A stretch of 62,291 nucleotides of DNA from Methanobacteriota archaeon. Lineage in GTDB: Archaea > Thermoplasmatota > Poseidoniia > Poseidoniales > Poseidoniaceae. Both the position numbers and the translations under genes were made by a program. Below are positions 30,101 to 38,800 of the stretch, in pieces; position 1 is the stretch's first letter, and each line of letters begins with the position of its first letter. The notes under the pieces were generated by a model that searched no databases, was not told the DNA's origin, and worked only from the letters and a program-made list of their open reading frames with translations. The stretch lies in assembly GCA_002722615.1 (NCBI GenBank), contig PBMQ01000015.1:47960-110250 (forward strand). Direction: 5' to 3'.

Positions 30101-30796
30101 AACCTCACTTCGATGGGAACCTACGATTCAGATTCTGACATCCTCAACATGCTTTATGTTTGGAAGTTTGAATGGAGAGATGCACAAGATCTCGGGGAAT
30201 CTGGCCCTACAATTTCAATTACTGACCTTCCCGTAGGGACATGGGACATCAATCTTACAGTTACCGATGATGATCTGTTTACCCATACAACAACACTGAC
30301 AATTATTGTTGCAGAACAACCACCTGAAGGATTCCTTGAGGAATTCAGTGATGCTCTAGGCATCTCTCCTGCTATGTCAATAATTACCTTAATCCTCATT
30401 GGATTGGTAATCGTTCTAGCCTCCTTCTTGCTCATTACACGTCGGTCTGCACCTGAATTGCTGGAAACAGAATCCAATAAGGCGTGGGACGCAACACCAT
30501 TACCGAGTTACTCCGACTCTGAAATGCCTGCTTATGAGCAACCAATGGCGCAACAGCCTACTCCAGTTGCAGCAATCCAACCTGTCGTCGAACAGGCCAT
30601 TGTTAATCAGGGACCACCTTTGCCTGCAACAGGGTTGCCTACTGGCTGGACTATGGAGCAATGGGCGTATTATGGTGAACAATATCTTGCTGCAAATCAA
30701 GCACCTACCCCTGCCCCACAACCGACACCTTCAATGACTACACCAACTGCTCCGAACACGAATCTCTCCAGCCTACTGGATGATTTGGACTTGTGA
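27197..30796 (+). CDS. Giant type I membrane-anchored surface protein (paralog 2 of 23672..27172)
   Basis: 1199 aa. Signal MATRFPALLVLFLLASSSFVHA. Blocks collinear with paralog 1: DVPDWRIGDKWTYETRFD, YDFPMRTGDQW and GCDDSYKVNEWNATGVSAGFNWYCPAV. CARDB/PKD-like repeats (ARSSFDPDGGDVEC). TM IITLILIGLVIVLASFLLI. The tail contains GLPTGWTMEQWAYYGEQYL. Confidence 0.85.
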   Translation: MATRFPALLVLFLLASSSFVHAIHQESTELDESERVQATAKSGSSTDVPDWRIGDKWTYETRFDVAQLLAQANVSASLNTLTGDTVYEIEDIFFINVDGIQTLAYKMKLDGEFSSGNSGATLEGVSGRLTIDYTGEDIVRVRDLAVINSEFELDVDFAPFNLGFLSQKLATISFDTYYDPPKEKYDFPMRTGDQWYMPFMSGTSVSGTSDYFDPSSFDTNGAENTSWQVTKDGIPTEDGLNIKYEGCDDSYKVNEWNATGVSAGFNWYCPAVRFNSWIRISNAAGFTIDWLLKDYEPVDSFGVDKRKTPGSRNVEIDVDTQFIATLPDTISKIYATYSVAPNGVPEVNKNLQLRYEMTGTLINPITNSSGQIEESINVSNVTDNTVASDDYSSNGVIVWDPVQEIIGVATVVIDLSVVGIDLVAQEDSIIVTRTRDGEVSTLSKSIGYNALPGDLLTFSLPAQNRGVFTSPSTEMEVIVPSGESIRQAVPSIAAYSEQRITVDWIVPEGATIGDQSLTFTVDPDELITGDANRSNNQAMVNVFIGRAPNASIAIDTGNYTFEPVFIDARSSFDPDGGDVECRFEVESRPGLIDVITTPDCYFSWNWSDDGDWLLTTTVTDDELDSTVLVNNVTILNQAPFINLSHPNEVAVESSITIDASESGDIDTISPSGQYVSITWPDLICDEGLFGPTCTFTPMQEGTIPIRAIATDDDGAETEVISSVQVLNVAPTIGDIEVWIAGVNTPFDANGTWVLQEDQTVILRAQGDDTTNDRDGLIIDWNLSDVIDNLTVSTDGAPSDVATSWPTSGEHIISVRAVDDNGASSSTSLAKVTIENVPPTITAEDNFLNAINRINGLPTFEDEKVVFDVVVSDTASDLETLEICWDVDGTVDADLDGTMNNDCDVVGTHFEYTWESSNPQFRTVTAWVMDDDGASASLSAVVKVQNVPPEASISYSNGSLDNLIEGDTLNLTSMGTYDSDSDILNMLYVWKFEWRDAQDLGESGPTISITDLPVGTWDINLTVTDDDLFTHTTTLTIIVAEQPPEGFLEEFSDALGISPAMSIITLILIGLVIVLASFLLITRRSAPELLETESNKAWDATPLPSYSDSEMPAYEQPMAQQPTPVAAIQPVVEQAIVNQGPPLPATGLPTGWTMEQWAYYGEQYLAANQAPTPAPQPTPSMTTPTAPNTNLSSLLDDLDL
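30632..30688 (+). other. Conserved cytoplasmic-tail motif GLPTGWTMEQWAYYGEQYL (paralog 2)
   Basis: This is the same motif in the otherwise divergent tail of the tandem paralog. Confidence 0.7.
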
Positions 30797-30800
30797 TGGC

Positions 30801-31352
30801 ATGGGGAATTTGTGGCACTTCTTTGGACTTCCAGACCCTGACGCTGGCGTTGCTCAACGACAACCACAAGCAACGACGAGGCCTTCCGCCCCAACGCTCA
30901 CCAATGAGCCTGTTGGAGTGCCTGAAATCGTTGTAAAAGAGGCTGTTTTAGCGAATTCTGATTCAATTCATATCGAAGATTGGAATGGCCCGGTTACACC
31001 TGATGGAGAACCGTTTCATGACCTTTCAAGTCACCGGATTACCAAGTCATTGCGTCCAACACGGGCGTTACGCTATGTCAAACCAGATGAAAAACATCGA
31101 ATCCACACTAGAGGCATTGCTCAGCGCGTGATTCAAGGCGATACGGTCATCGTTGATCTGCGAACACTTGTGCACATGGAATCTCATCAACAAGCATGCC
31201 GAAGGGAACTCCGAGTCATGTGTGAACAAACTGGGGTCGCTGTATTTGCCCTTGATGCTGAAGACAAATTACTCATGATTCCTGGTGCAGATGTAGTGGT
31301 TGATATCGAAAAACATGAACTCGGACTTACACGGATTCTGAATGTGAGCTGA
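30801..31352 (+). CDS. sepF: SepF-like cell-division protein (FtsZ membrane anchor)
   Basis: 183 aa from ATG 30801 (the track start 30780 overlaps the upstream gene). N-terminal amphipathic MGNLWHFFGL, a Pro-rich linker, and a C-terminal SepF/DUF552-like core IAQRVIQGDTVIVDLRTL...GVAVFALDAEDKLLMIPGADVVVD. Confidence 0.65.
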   Translation: MGNLWHFFGLPDPDAGVAQRQPQATTRPSAPTLTNEPVGVPEIVVKEAVLANSDSIHIEDWNGPVTPDGEPFHDLSSHRITKSLRPTRALRYVKPDEKHRIHTRGIAQRVIQGDTVIVDLRTLVHMESHQQACRRELRVMCEQTGVAVFALDAEDKLLMIPGADVVVDIEKHELGLTRILNVS

Positions 31353-31355
31353 GGT
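31351..31355 (+). promoter_or_regulatory. Shine-Dalgarno-like GAGGT, 6 nt before ATG 31362, overlapping the sepF stop codon
   Basis: agcTGAGGTagacatATG. Confidence 0.45.
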
Positions 31356-31361
31356 AGACAT

Positions 31362-32648
31362 ATGCAGAACAGAGAACGATTTGTAGGTTCATATCTTGAA
31401 CTGTTCACTTCATCGATGTTTTTCTTCATTGCTCTTGCATTCCTTCTCGCCTGGTTGACATTTTTCTCCCCCTATGAATTGTTTGAGGATGATGAACGAT
31501 TGTCATTGATGAATTATGTCCTCATCACACTCTTCGCGTTGGGTCCGGTCATGGGGATTTTGGCAGGCATAGGATTCGATACATTTCCTCTTGTATACAA
31601 CATACCATCGTTCGAAAAAACCACAATGCGTCATTTCCTACAGTTGAATGGATTGGGGCAAGTGTTCATCCACATTGGAATCTACTCAGGAAAATGGTCC
31701 CTCTTCATTGAGTTGTCAGGAATAGGAATCATTCTGATGAGTTTGGCCCTTCTAACCTTGACCGCCTCCGCAATCGAAATTGTCAAACAAAAAAACAGTG
31801 CAGGAGAAGTTGGAATATTTTCCTATGCGCCAGGTCTTGTACTCGTCTTCTGTGCATTGTTCATTTGTGGAGCATGGTTTATGCGTGAAGTCACTGGCAT
31901 GATCGAATTTGGTATAGCCTTCATCGTTGCCGTCTTTTGCAACATGATGATTACAACAACGCTACTTTCTCACTTTAATCGACGACTGGGTTGGAATGCA
32001 ACAAATCCAGCAACGTTGCCGATTCGCTTTTTGATTCTGATTACCCTAGGAATCGGTTATGTGATCGTAAGTTTCCTTAGAGTGCGTGAGGTTGTTTCAG
32101 AAGATTTGATTGACATCTGGTTTGCTGTTCTATTACTCAATGTCTTCTTCATGTTGAATCCACTCAAAATACTCAGATTCTCGACGGGTACATTTGCAAA
32201 GCCGCACTCAACCTTCATTCTCATTGGATACCTTCTTTTGCCTCTCCTCGCTGTTGTATCCATTGCTCCAATATGGACAGGACATGAAGGACTAGCGAAT
32301 ATTCAACCCACACATTGGTTGTTAATTACGTACCCATGTTTCTTTATCATCTCAGGTTTTGCGATCTATCTCCATGAGGACCACCTCCATTACTCCCCCT
32401 CTACTCGGGTAACGCATTGGCACCTTGTGATACTCTTCTTGGGATCTGGTGCACTCATGACTTGGACGTTATTCGATGGCTCGATCTTGCTTGAAGAAAA
32501 TTACGCACCTGTCTTGGCTTGGGTGGCTACACAGAGTTTGGCTTCCATCTTACTGGCGGTCCTTTTCATCAAACACACAATCTTCCCAGTCGACAACTGG
32601 CACCGTATGCCAATGTTCTATGACCGACTCATCGAAAACAACGATTGA
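31362..32648 (+). CDS. Polytopic membrane protein (about 11-12 TM) of unknown function
   Basis: 428 aa, hydrophobic throughout. There is a His-rich loop LHEDHLHYSPSTRVTHWH. A GAGGT sits 6 nt upstream. Confidence 0.55.
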   Translation: MQNRERFVGSYLELFTSSMFFFIALAFLLAWLTFFSPYELFEDDERLSLMNYVLITLFALGPVMGILAGIGFDTFPLVYNIPSFEKTTMRHFLQLNGLGQVFIHIGIYSGKWSLFIELSGIGIILMSLALLTLTASAIEIVKQKNSAGEVGIFSYAPGLVLVFCALFICGAWFMREVTGMIEFGIAFIVAVFCNMMITTTLLSHFNRRLGWNATNPATLPIRFLILITLGIGYVIVSFLRVREVVSEDLIDIWFAVLLLNVFFMLNPLKILRFSTGTFAKPHSTFILIGYLLLPLLAVVSIAPIWTGHEGLANIQPTHWLLITYPCFFIISGFAIYLHEDHLHYSPSTRVTHWHLVILFLGSGALMTWTLFDGSILLEENYAPVLAWVATQSLASILLAVLFIKHTIFPVDNWHRMPMFYDRLIENND

Positions 32649-33202
32649 AGATCTGTCAACAGGTTCAAGGAAGCTTGTGTGAATCCAAGCACTGTATATT
32701 CTGAACCCTCGATAAGTTTGGCATGTTGACCCATTACTCCCGCCAAATCGTAACCTCCAGCTTTTCCAAGCCATGAATTGGATTCAATCAGTTCAACAAG
32801 CACATCATCTGAAAAATCATCAATCTCAACAATGGCGCGCTCAACACTTGATTGCCATCCATTTGAGGCATGCACCATCGTTGCGGACCAGACTTTGTGT
32901 CGACGGCCCCGTAATCGAAGAAGCATCGATGTCGCTTGTTCCTTTGATTCTGGTTTACCAAGGGCCTGGAGTTCATCATCGGGATCTTCAACAAGCGTAT
33001 CTGCAACGATATGGACGTCAAATGATGCATCGAATTGCACTGCAGCGGCTTTACGAGAAGCAACCGTTAGGACCTGCTGAGAAAGAACATCGGCAGGTAT
33101 AGTTTCATCAACATCGTTAAGAGGGCGCTGCTCGATATGTGGAAATAGACCCCTAAGGATTGCTCCGCGACGCTCCGAGGCTGATGCAAGTAGGATGCGC
33201 AT
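32618..33202 (-). CDS. maf: Maf-like nucleoside triphosphate pyrophosphatase (septum-formation protein family)
   Basis: From ATG 33202: MRILLASASERRGAIL, IVADTLV, LGKPESKEQATSMLLRLRGRRHKVWS and LGKAGGYDLAG. The track start 33283 adds 27 non-conserved aa. Confidence 0.8.
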   Translation of the reverse strand: MRILLASASERRGAILRGLFPHIEQRPLNDVDETIPADVLSQQVLTVASRKAAAVQFDASFDVHIVADTLVEDPDDELQALGKPESKEQATSMLLRLRGRRHKVWSATMVHASNGWQSSVERAIVEIDDFSDDVLVELIESNSWLGKAGGYDLAGVMGQHAKLIEGSEYTVLGFTQASLNLLTDLQSLFSMSRS

Positions 33203-33257
33203 ACAACCCCGTAGTGTTGAAACCTCATCAGATTTTTCAATCAAATTGGGGGTGAAT

Positions 33258-33265
33258 TTCAAGTG
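33258..33265 (+). promoter_or_regulatory. TTCAAGTG octamer 32 nt upstream of the kaiC-like ATG 33298
   Basis: The octamer is an exact match but the spacer is longer, which would imply a ~10-nt leader. Confidence 0.25.
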
Positions 33266-33297
33266 TTGAATGGTCTTCCTCAAAGCGGGGCGAAGTT

Positions 33298-34017
33298 ATG
33301 GACATCATGGAAAGAATTCCAACTCACGTAGAAGGACTTGACGAAAATATGCAAGGCGGTATACCAAAAGGTCACATCTGTATCGTTGCAGGTGCGTCGG
33401 GTGCAATGAAATCCAGTGTGACATTCTCAATGCTTTACAACGCCGTTCTTTACGGTGAAACCAGTGGAATTTACGTTACGCTCGAACAAGGAAAGGACTC
33501 TCTTCGTGCGCACATGTCCAACATGGGTATGAACGTCGATGATGCTCGCGTCCGCAATCGAATTGCAATTATTGACTTGTCCGATTTGCGAGTTCAACTC
33601 GATGAACAAGGCATGACGAATCGGGTCGATTGGATGGGACAACTAATCAAACAACTTACGAATTACAGGAAGTCCATTGGGTTTGAATTGCTGGTCTTTG
33701 ACTCACTTGGTGCGTTCTTTACCCTAACAAAGATGGAAAACCCAAGAGATGAAATCTTCAGACTCTTCGAGGCGGTACGACGTCTTGAATTGACATCGTT
33801 CTTCATCTGTGAAATGACAGGTGAGAACCATCGCCAGTTTGGAGAATACGGGGTCGAAGATTACCTTTCAGATGGGGTCATTCATTTGGTCATGGATCGT
33901 AAAGAAGACGACGTTCAACGAAAGTTGGGCATCATCAAAATGCGACACACCCGGCACGCATTGGGGTACAAACCCTTCAATTGGAAACAGGAAGAGCAAC
34001 GATTTACAGTTCTTTGA
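33298..34017 (+). CDS. Single-domain KaiC/RadA-like (COG0467) RecA-superfamily ATPase with an atypical P-loop
   Basis: 239 aa. HVEGLDENMQGGIPKGHICIVAGASGAMKSS aligns with the KaiC-like G.PG.GKT region. Walker B LLVFDS. The end matches GIIKMRHTRH as in archaeal KaiC-like proteins. Confidence 0.8.
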   Translation: MDIMERIPTHVEGLDENMQGGIPKGHICIVAGASGAMKSSVTFSMLYNAVLYGETSGIYVTLEQGKDSLRAHMSNMGMNVDDARVRNRIAIIDLSDLRVQLDEQGMTNRVDWMGQLIKQLTNYRKSIGFELLVFDSLGAFFTLTKMENPRDEIFRLFEAVRRLELTSFFICEMTGENHRQFGEYGVEDYLSDGVIHLVMDRKEDDVQRKLGIIKMRHTRHALGYKPFNWKQEEQRFTVL

Positions 34018-35835
34018 TTACTCAACTGTAACCGATTTCGCTAGATTTCTTGGACGATCGACATCGTTTCCAAGATCGAGAGCAGCCTGATACGCAATCA
34101 ATTGGGTTGGTAAGACACTTAGAAGGGGAGTCAACATTGGAATTGTTGAGGGAATTGGAATGCTAACGTCACCAATCTCTGCTATCGGGTCACCTTCTTC
34201 ATGAATGAGAATAATTCTGGCTCCACGCGCCTTACATTCATGTATCGCATTCAATGTTCGATCTTGAACACCATCGTTCGGTGCAATAACCACGACAGGA
34301 TAATCTTCTTCAATCAATGCAATAGGACCGTGCTTCATTTCACCTGCTGGATATGCAAGACAAGGTATGTATGCAATTTCCATGAGTTTGAGAGCTCCCT
34401 CGGATGCCACGGGAGAAGAAATACCTCGACCTAAAAACAGGACACTTTTTGCTTGAGTTACCAAGTCGACTGCATCCTGAATAGGCCCTGGATTGGAAAG
34501 ATAGGTTCGGATTTTTTCCGGGAGTTTTCGCATCTCTTTACCAATCAATTTCCCCTTTGTTTTCGAGAGATGGCGACTTCGACCGAGTTGTAGAGAAAAC
34601 AATGCCAATGCTCCAACCATATTTGTGAACGCTTTGGTCGAAGCGACCGACTGCTCTGGTCCAGAATGAATGTATACACCTTTCCCACACTGACGAGCGA
34701 TAGTGGAACCTACTACGTTTACAATACCATATACATCAGCCCCCTTGCGTTGAATCTCCTTCACAGCAGACAATGTATCTGCGGTCTCTCCAGATTGAGA
34801 AATCGCAAGATGGAGCGCCTTAGGATTAATCACAGGATCATTTGCGTTGAATTCACTTGCCACATGTGACACTGCTGGAATTCGAGCCCATTCTTCGATG
34901 AGAATCTGACCAATTTGGGCGGCGTGAAGAGCTGTTCCACAACCGATCAATCGAACATGTGGCAGCTGTGCCAGTGCTTGTGGCCGGATTTGGAGTCCTC
35001 CAAGCAAAGCAGATCCTTCTCCATGACGTAATCGACCTGAAAGACAATGCTGAAGCGATTGAGATTGCTCATGTATCTCTTTAAGCATGTAATGCGGATA
35101 ATCACCAAGTTCACTTTCACCCCATTCTTCTTCAAGTCTCAGGATGCTCGATTTGACCTTTTTACCATCCGTTTCCATCACTTGAAAATCATTGGAAGTA
35201 AGCTTAGCAATTTGACCATCCTCCAACGTTACCAATTGATCCGTATGCTCTCGAATTGCGTGAGGGTCGCTTGAGATGAACATTTCATTCTTGCCTCGCC
35301 CAATGATGAGGGGGGAACCATTTCGAGCACACAAGACAAAATCGTGTTCCAAGAACAGTACACAAAGGCCCCAAGTTCCCCGAGTCATCGAAAGTACGTT
35401 TTGAAGAGCTTCGAGTGGTTCTTTGCCTTGATTCAATTCGATTGAAATAAAATGAGAAAACACCTCAGAATCCGTTTCAGAATTCAATTCAATCCCTAAT
35501 TTGGTCAATCTTTTGCGAAGAATATCCGAATTCTGAAGAATACCATTGTGGACAATGGCGACCTTTCCATCATTGCTGAGATGCGGGTGGGCGTTTTCCT
35601 TGGTTACACCCCCATGTGTCGCCCAACGAGTGTGTGCGATGCCCATCGATCCTTTGAAATTCGGCAAAGAGGATGCCATGTCTGAAATTTTACCTATGTC
35701 TTTGTAGGATTGCAATTGACCGTTCTTTACGACAATTCCGCTCGAGTCGTAGCCACGATATTCAAGCCGCAATAAACCTTTGACAAGCAGAGAAGAAGCG
35801 TTTCTATTCCCTACGTAGCCAAATATTCCACACAT
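34018..35835 (-). CDS. glmS: Glutamine--fructose-6-phosphate aminotransferase
   Basis: 605 aa. Ntn Cys MCGIFGYVG, two SIS domains and the characteristic C-terminus DRPRNLAKSVTVE. A GAGGTG sits 5 nt upstream. Confidence 0.95.
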   Translation of the reverse strand: MCGIFGYVGNRNASSLLVKGLLRLEYRGYDSSGIVVKNGQLQSYKDIGKISDMASSLPNFKGSMGIAHTRWATHGGVTKENAHPHLSNDGKVAIVHNGILQNSDILRKRLTKLGIELNSETDSEVFSHFISIELNQGKEPLEALQNVLSMTRGTWGLCVLFLEHDFVLCARNGSPLIIGRGKNEMFISSDPHAIREHTDQLVTLEDGQIAKLTSNDFQVMETDGKKVKSSILRLEEEWGESELGDYPHYMLKEIHEQSQSLQHCLSGRLRHGEGSALLGGLQIRPQALAQLPHVRLIGCGTALHAAQIGQILIEEWARIPAVSHVASEFNANDPVINPKALHLAISQSGETADTLSAVKEIQRKGADVYGIVNVVGSTIARQCGKGVYIHSGPEQSVASTKAFTNMVGALALFSLQLGRSRHLSKTKGKLIGKEMRKLPEKIRTYLSNPGPIQDAVDLVTQAKSVLFLGRGISSPVASEGALKLMEIAYIPCLAYPAGEMKHGPIALIEEDYPVVVIAPNDGVQDRTLNAIHECKARGARIILIHEEGDPIAEIGDVSIPIPSTIPMLTPLLSVLPTQLIAYQAALDLGNDVDRPRNLAKSVTVE

Positions 35836-35840
35836 ATTTA

Positions 35841-35846
35841 CACCTC
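35841..35846 (-). promoter_or_regulatory. Shine-Dalgarno-like GAGGTG, 5 nt before the glmS ATG, overlapping the S8 protease stop codon
   Basis: The minus strand reads cttTGAGGTGtaaatATG. Confidence 0.45.
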
Positions 35847-38800
35847 AAAGACTGAACTGCTCCGAACAGATAGGGCATGTGACTTGAGCACGTGTGATAT
35901 CAGTAACTGGGAAGTTTGCTTGGCATGACGGACACGTCGCTTGACGCCGTAGTGGAGGAAGTTCACCTAATGGGGGAAGAGCAACCGGATCGAGTTCAGG
36001 GAGAGGGGGTGCAAGTTCTGCCTCAGGCAGATTAAGAATTGGCGTTGGAGTAGGTAACGGTGGAAGCCCTTTTGAAACGATTTCTGCAATCTCTCGCTTT
36101 TGCTTTCGCTTCATGCGTCGATTGAGTCGGGCATTTCCTTCCCCAGCACTGGTTTTCGCCTCCAATTCTTCTGCCAGAGTAGGTCCTTCATCTTCAAGTT
36201 CGAGCGGGACACTAATCGGTACCGATGCTACCAGTTCTTCCTCTACTTCATCTTCTTGAACCTGAATAAGAATCGCAACTTCATCTTCCTCATCGTCATC
36301 AACTTCGAATGATTCTTCTTTCCTTCGACTTGATCGGAGACTTACAACGACAAGAACAAAAATGAGGAATAATACAGAAACGATACCGAGGAAAATCCTT
36401 GTTTTCATCTCATCTGACCCCGGCAAGGGTTCGAGGAATTGATCGAGGAAGGATTTCGGTTCTGGTTTCTCTTGACCTGAATCCATGAGGAATTTCTGCA
36501 TTGAGAAACGACCTGTTGGTGAGACAGTGAACATGATCCCATCTTGGGCGTTCATGCTGTAGCCGAGTAAACTCTTCTTTTCAGATACGATGTTTGCAAG
36601 ACCAACAATCGGAGTTTCGCCATCGACCTTCAAAATCCCGTATCGAGCAACTTCGCCACGAACCGTGATCTCATTGTACAACACTTCAATGAAATCATCA
36701 CGTTGATTGAACAGAAGTGTTGTTGCGCCAGGAGCGCTCGTTCGTTGCACGCTCTCAGACCAATCACCTTCAGTCACAAGAACGGCGATGTTGGTATCAA
36801 CCGCAGTCCCTTCAACCCATGCCGCAAAGAAGTAATCATTTCCGCCGCTTGAAAGTACGCCAAGTTGTGCTGATTGCGCTTCATCGCCAATTGAAGTTTG
36901 ATAACTCCATTGCGATTCATCCAAATCTCCTCTAGAATACATGAGGCCAGTTCGTTCTATACCCGATACGTCATCACGTATCTCTTGGTAGAGGACGTGC
37001 AATGTACCATCAAGAAGAAGTGTTGATAGTTGATCTCCATCATCAGGGTGGATATCAATCACTGGAATGTGCGTACGCATTGTAGACCAGTTTTGTCCAA
37101 CATCAGGCGACTCGGAGTAAATACTGAAAATCGATGTCAAATCGGACCATGAGCCACCTGTTGAAATATTCCTAAAGTAACCGGAGAGAACAACGGTCTC
37201 ATCTTCTTGAGCAAGATCGAGACCCCAGTATTCTCCTTCTGAAATCTTCAACCCCGTAAGATGGTGATGAATCGGTAACATTTGCCCAGTCACAGAGATT
37301 GAAGTCATTGCAACATCATTCAGGAAATATCCTTGCTGAGATTGAGTCCTACTGGTCCAAGCCGCATGGACCAATCCATCGTTGCGGACAAGGACATCTA
37401 GTTCGCCTCCCCAATTTTGATCGATGAGAGTATCGGTTTGGAGACGCAAATCCTTCGTCAGGGAGCGTACGTGAAGTTCTCCGTCAATGGTCGTAAAAAT
37501 CAGGCTGGATGACTCAATACCTGCAAATCCGATAGGATATTCATTATCCGCAAGAGAAAGCGTGGCAGAACCTTGCCCAGAAGATACATCGCTGACAGCC
37601 ACTGCAAACGTATGCTGGCTATATTCGCTTTCAACACCGTCACCGGTTAATGTTGCTCGGTAGTGAACCGCTCCGATGTTGCTGTTGCTGTGCGTAAATT
37701 TAGCTGACTGGAATCCTGATTCAACGGTTGCCCCTGGGATGAAACTGATTTGTTTATCTCCAATGAGTTGCCAACCCGAGGTTCCGGGAATTTGATACTC
37801 AAGTACCATATCGAGCGAAACTGCATTCGACTGTCCAAGATTGTCAACTCGAATACTGATTGTATAATCCTCGTCAACGAGTGGAACATTGGGCACTGTT
37901 GTTACCGAACCAGGAAGATATCTCAAGACTGGTTGGTTCGGCCGTTCGAGGATTTCGAATGGGAAGGTGAGAATGTTGTCCTCTGGTTCTGGATCTCCTT
38001 GTGCACCGTTTGGATCGAGTTCGATTTTTACGTCGTGCAATCCTGCAACACTAGCCTGCCAGAACAGGGTCACACCTACAGATTCTCCTTTTTCAAGAGA
38101 GGGTATGACACCCTGAGAAGGGTATGTTTCAGATTCTTCACCCGGAGCAGTTAGACGGACGTAAATATCTGTGGCATCCTTATCCCCAGCATTGTAAACA
38201 TCAAAATTCACCTCGAGGAGACTACCTGCATAAGCAGATTCTGCAGGTAATTTTTGATCGAAAACTTCGACATCGCCTTGGAATCTAAAAGAGGGGGCTG
38301 GTGGGATGTTGTCAATCGTATAACTTCTTGAAATTGTTTGGGTTTCAAACCCAGATTGATTTACCATACGAACGAAGAATTCACGATATCCGTCATCGGC
38401 TTCGGTGGTATCCCAATCGAAGGACCATGTATCAGGTCCATCCTCGCCTACTCCGTCATGTTCTGTGAGGAATACTCCTGTTTGCCATTCACCATCGTCA
38501 ATTTTGTATTCAATCCGATCATGCTCAACGCCTTCAACTTCCCCAGTAACCTCAACCGTTCCAGAAAGGAGAGTTCTAGAAAGTGGGCTGACTAAGCTTA
38601 TTTCTGTTCTCGATATTTTGAATGTCCGAACTGCTGGGTTTGATTGATTTCCATCTGCGTCACTCGCTATTGCATACAAGGCCAGGTGTTTGTCATTGGT
38701 TATCTTATCGGGGTCATCATCTTCATACAACACCCAGGAGTCTTTCAACTCCAAGTCATAGAACCAATAGTCAGATGAACCGTTGACTTCAGTCCAATCC

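Noticed and set aside
30635-30646. LPTG in the paralog 2 tail, which looks like a sortase LPXTG signal.
   Set aside because: It has only four residues (no X position). It lies on the cytoplasmic side after the TM. Paralog 1 has LPDG at the equivalent position. It is part of the larger GLPxGWTMEQW motif.
31362-32648. An impression of lower GC in the membrane-protein genes (31362..32648 and 46981..49317), considered as a sign of horizontal transfer.
   Set aside because: This is most simply explained by hydrophobic-residue codons (TTY, ATY, CTT). I could not compute composition rigorously, and there are no flanking mobility signatures.
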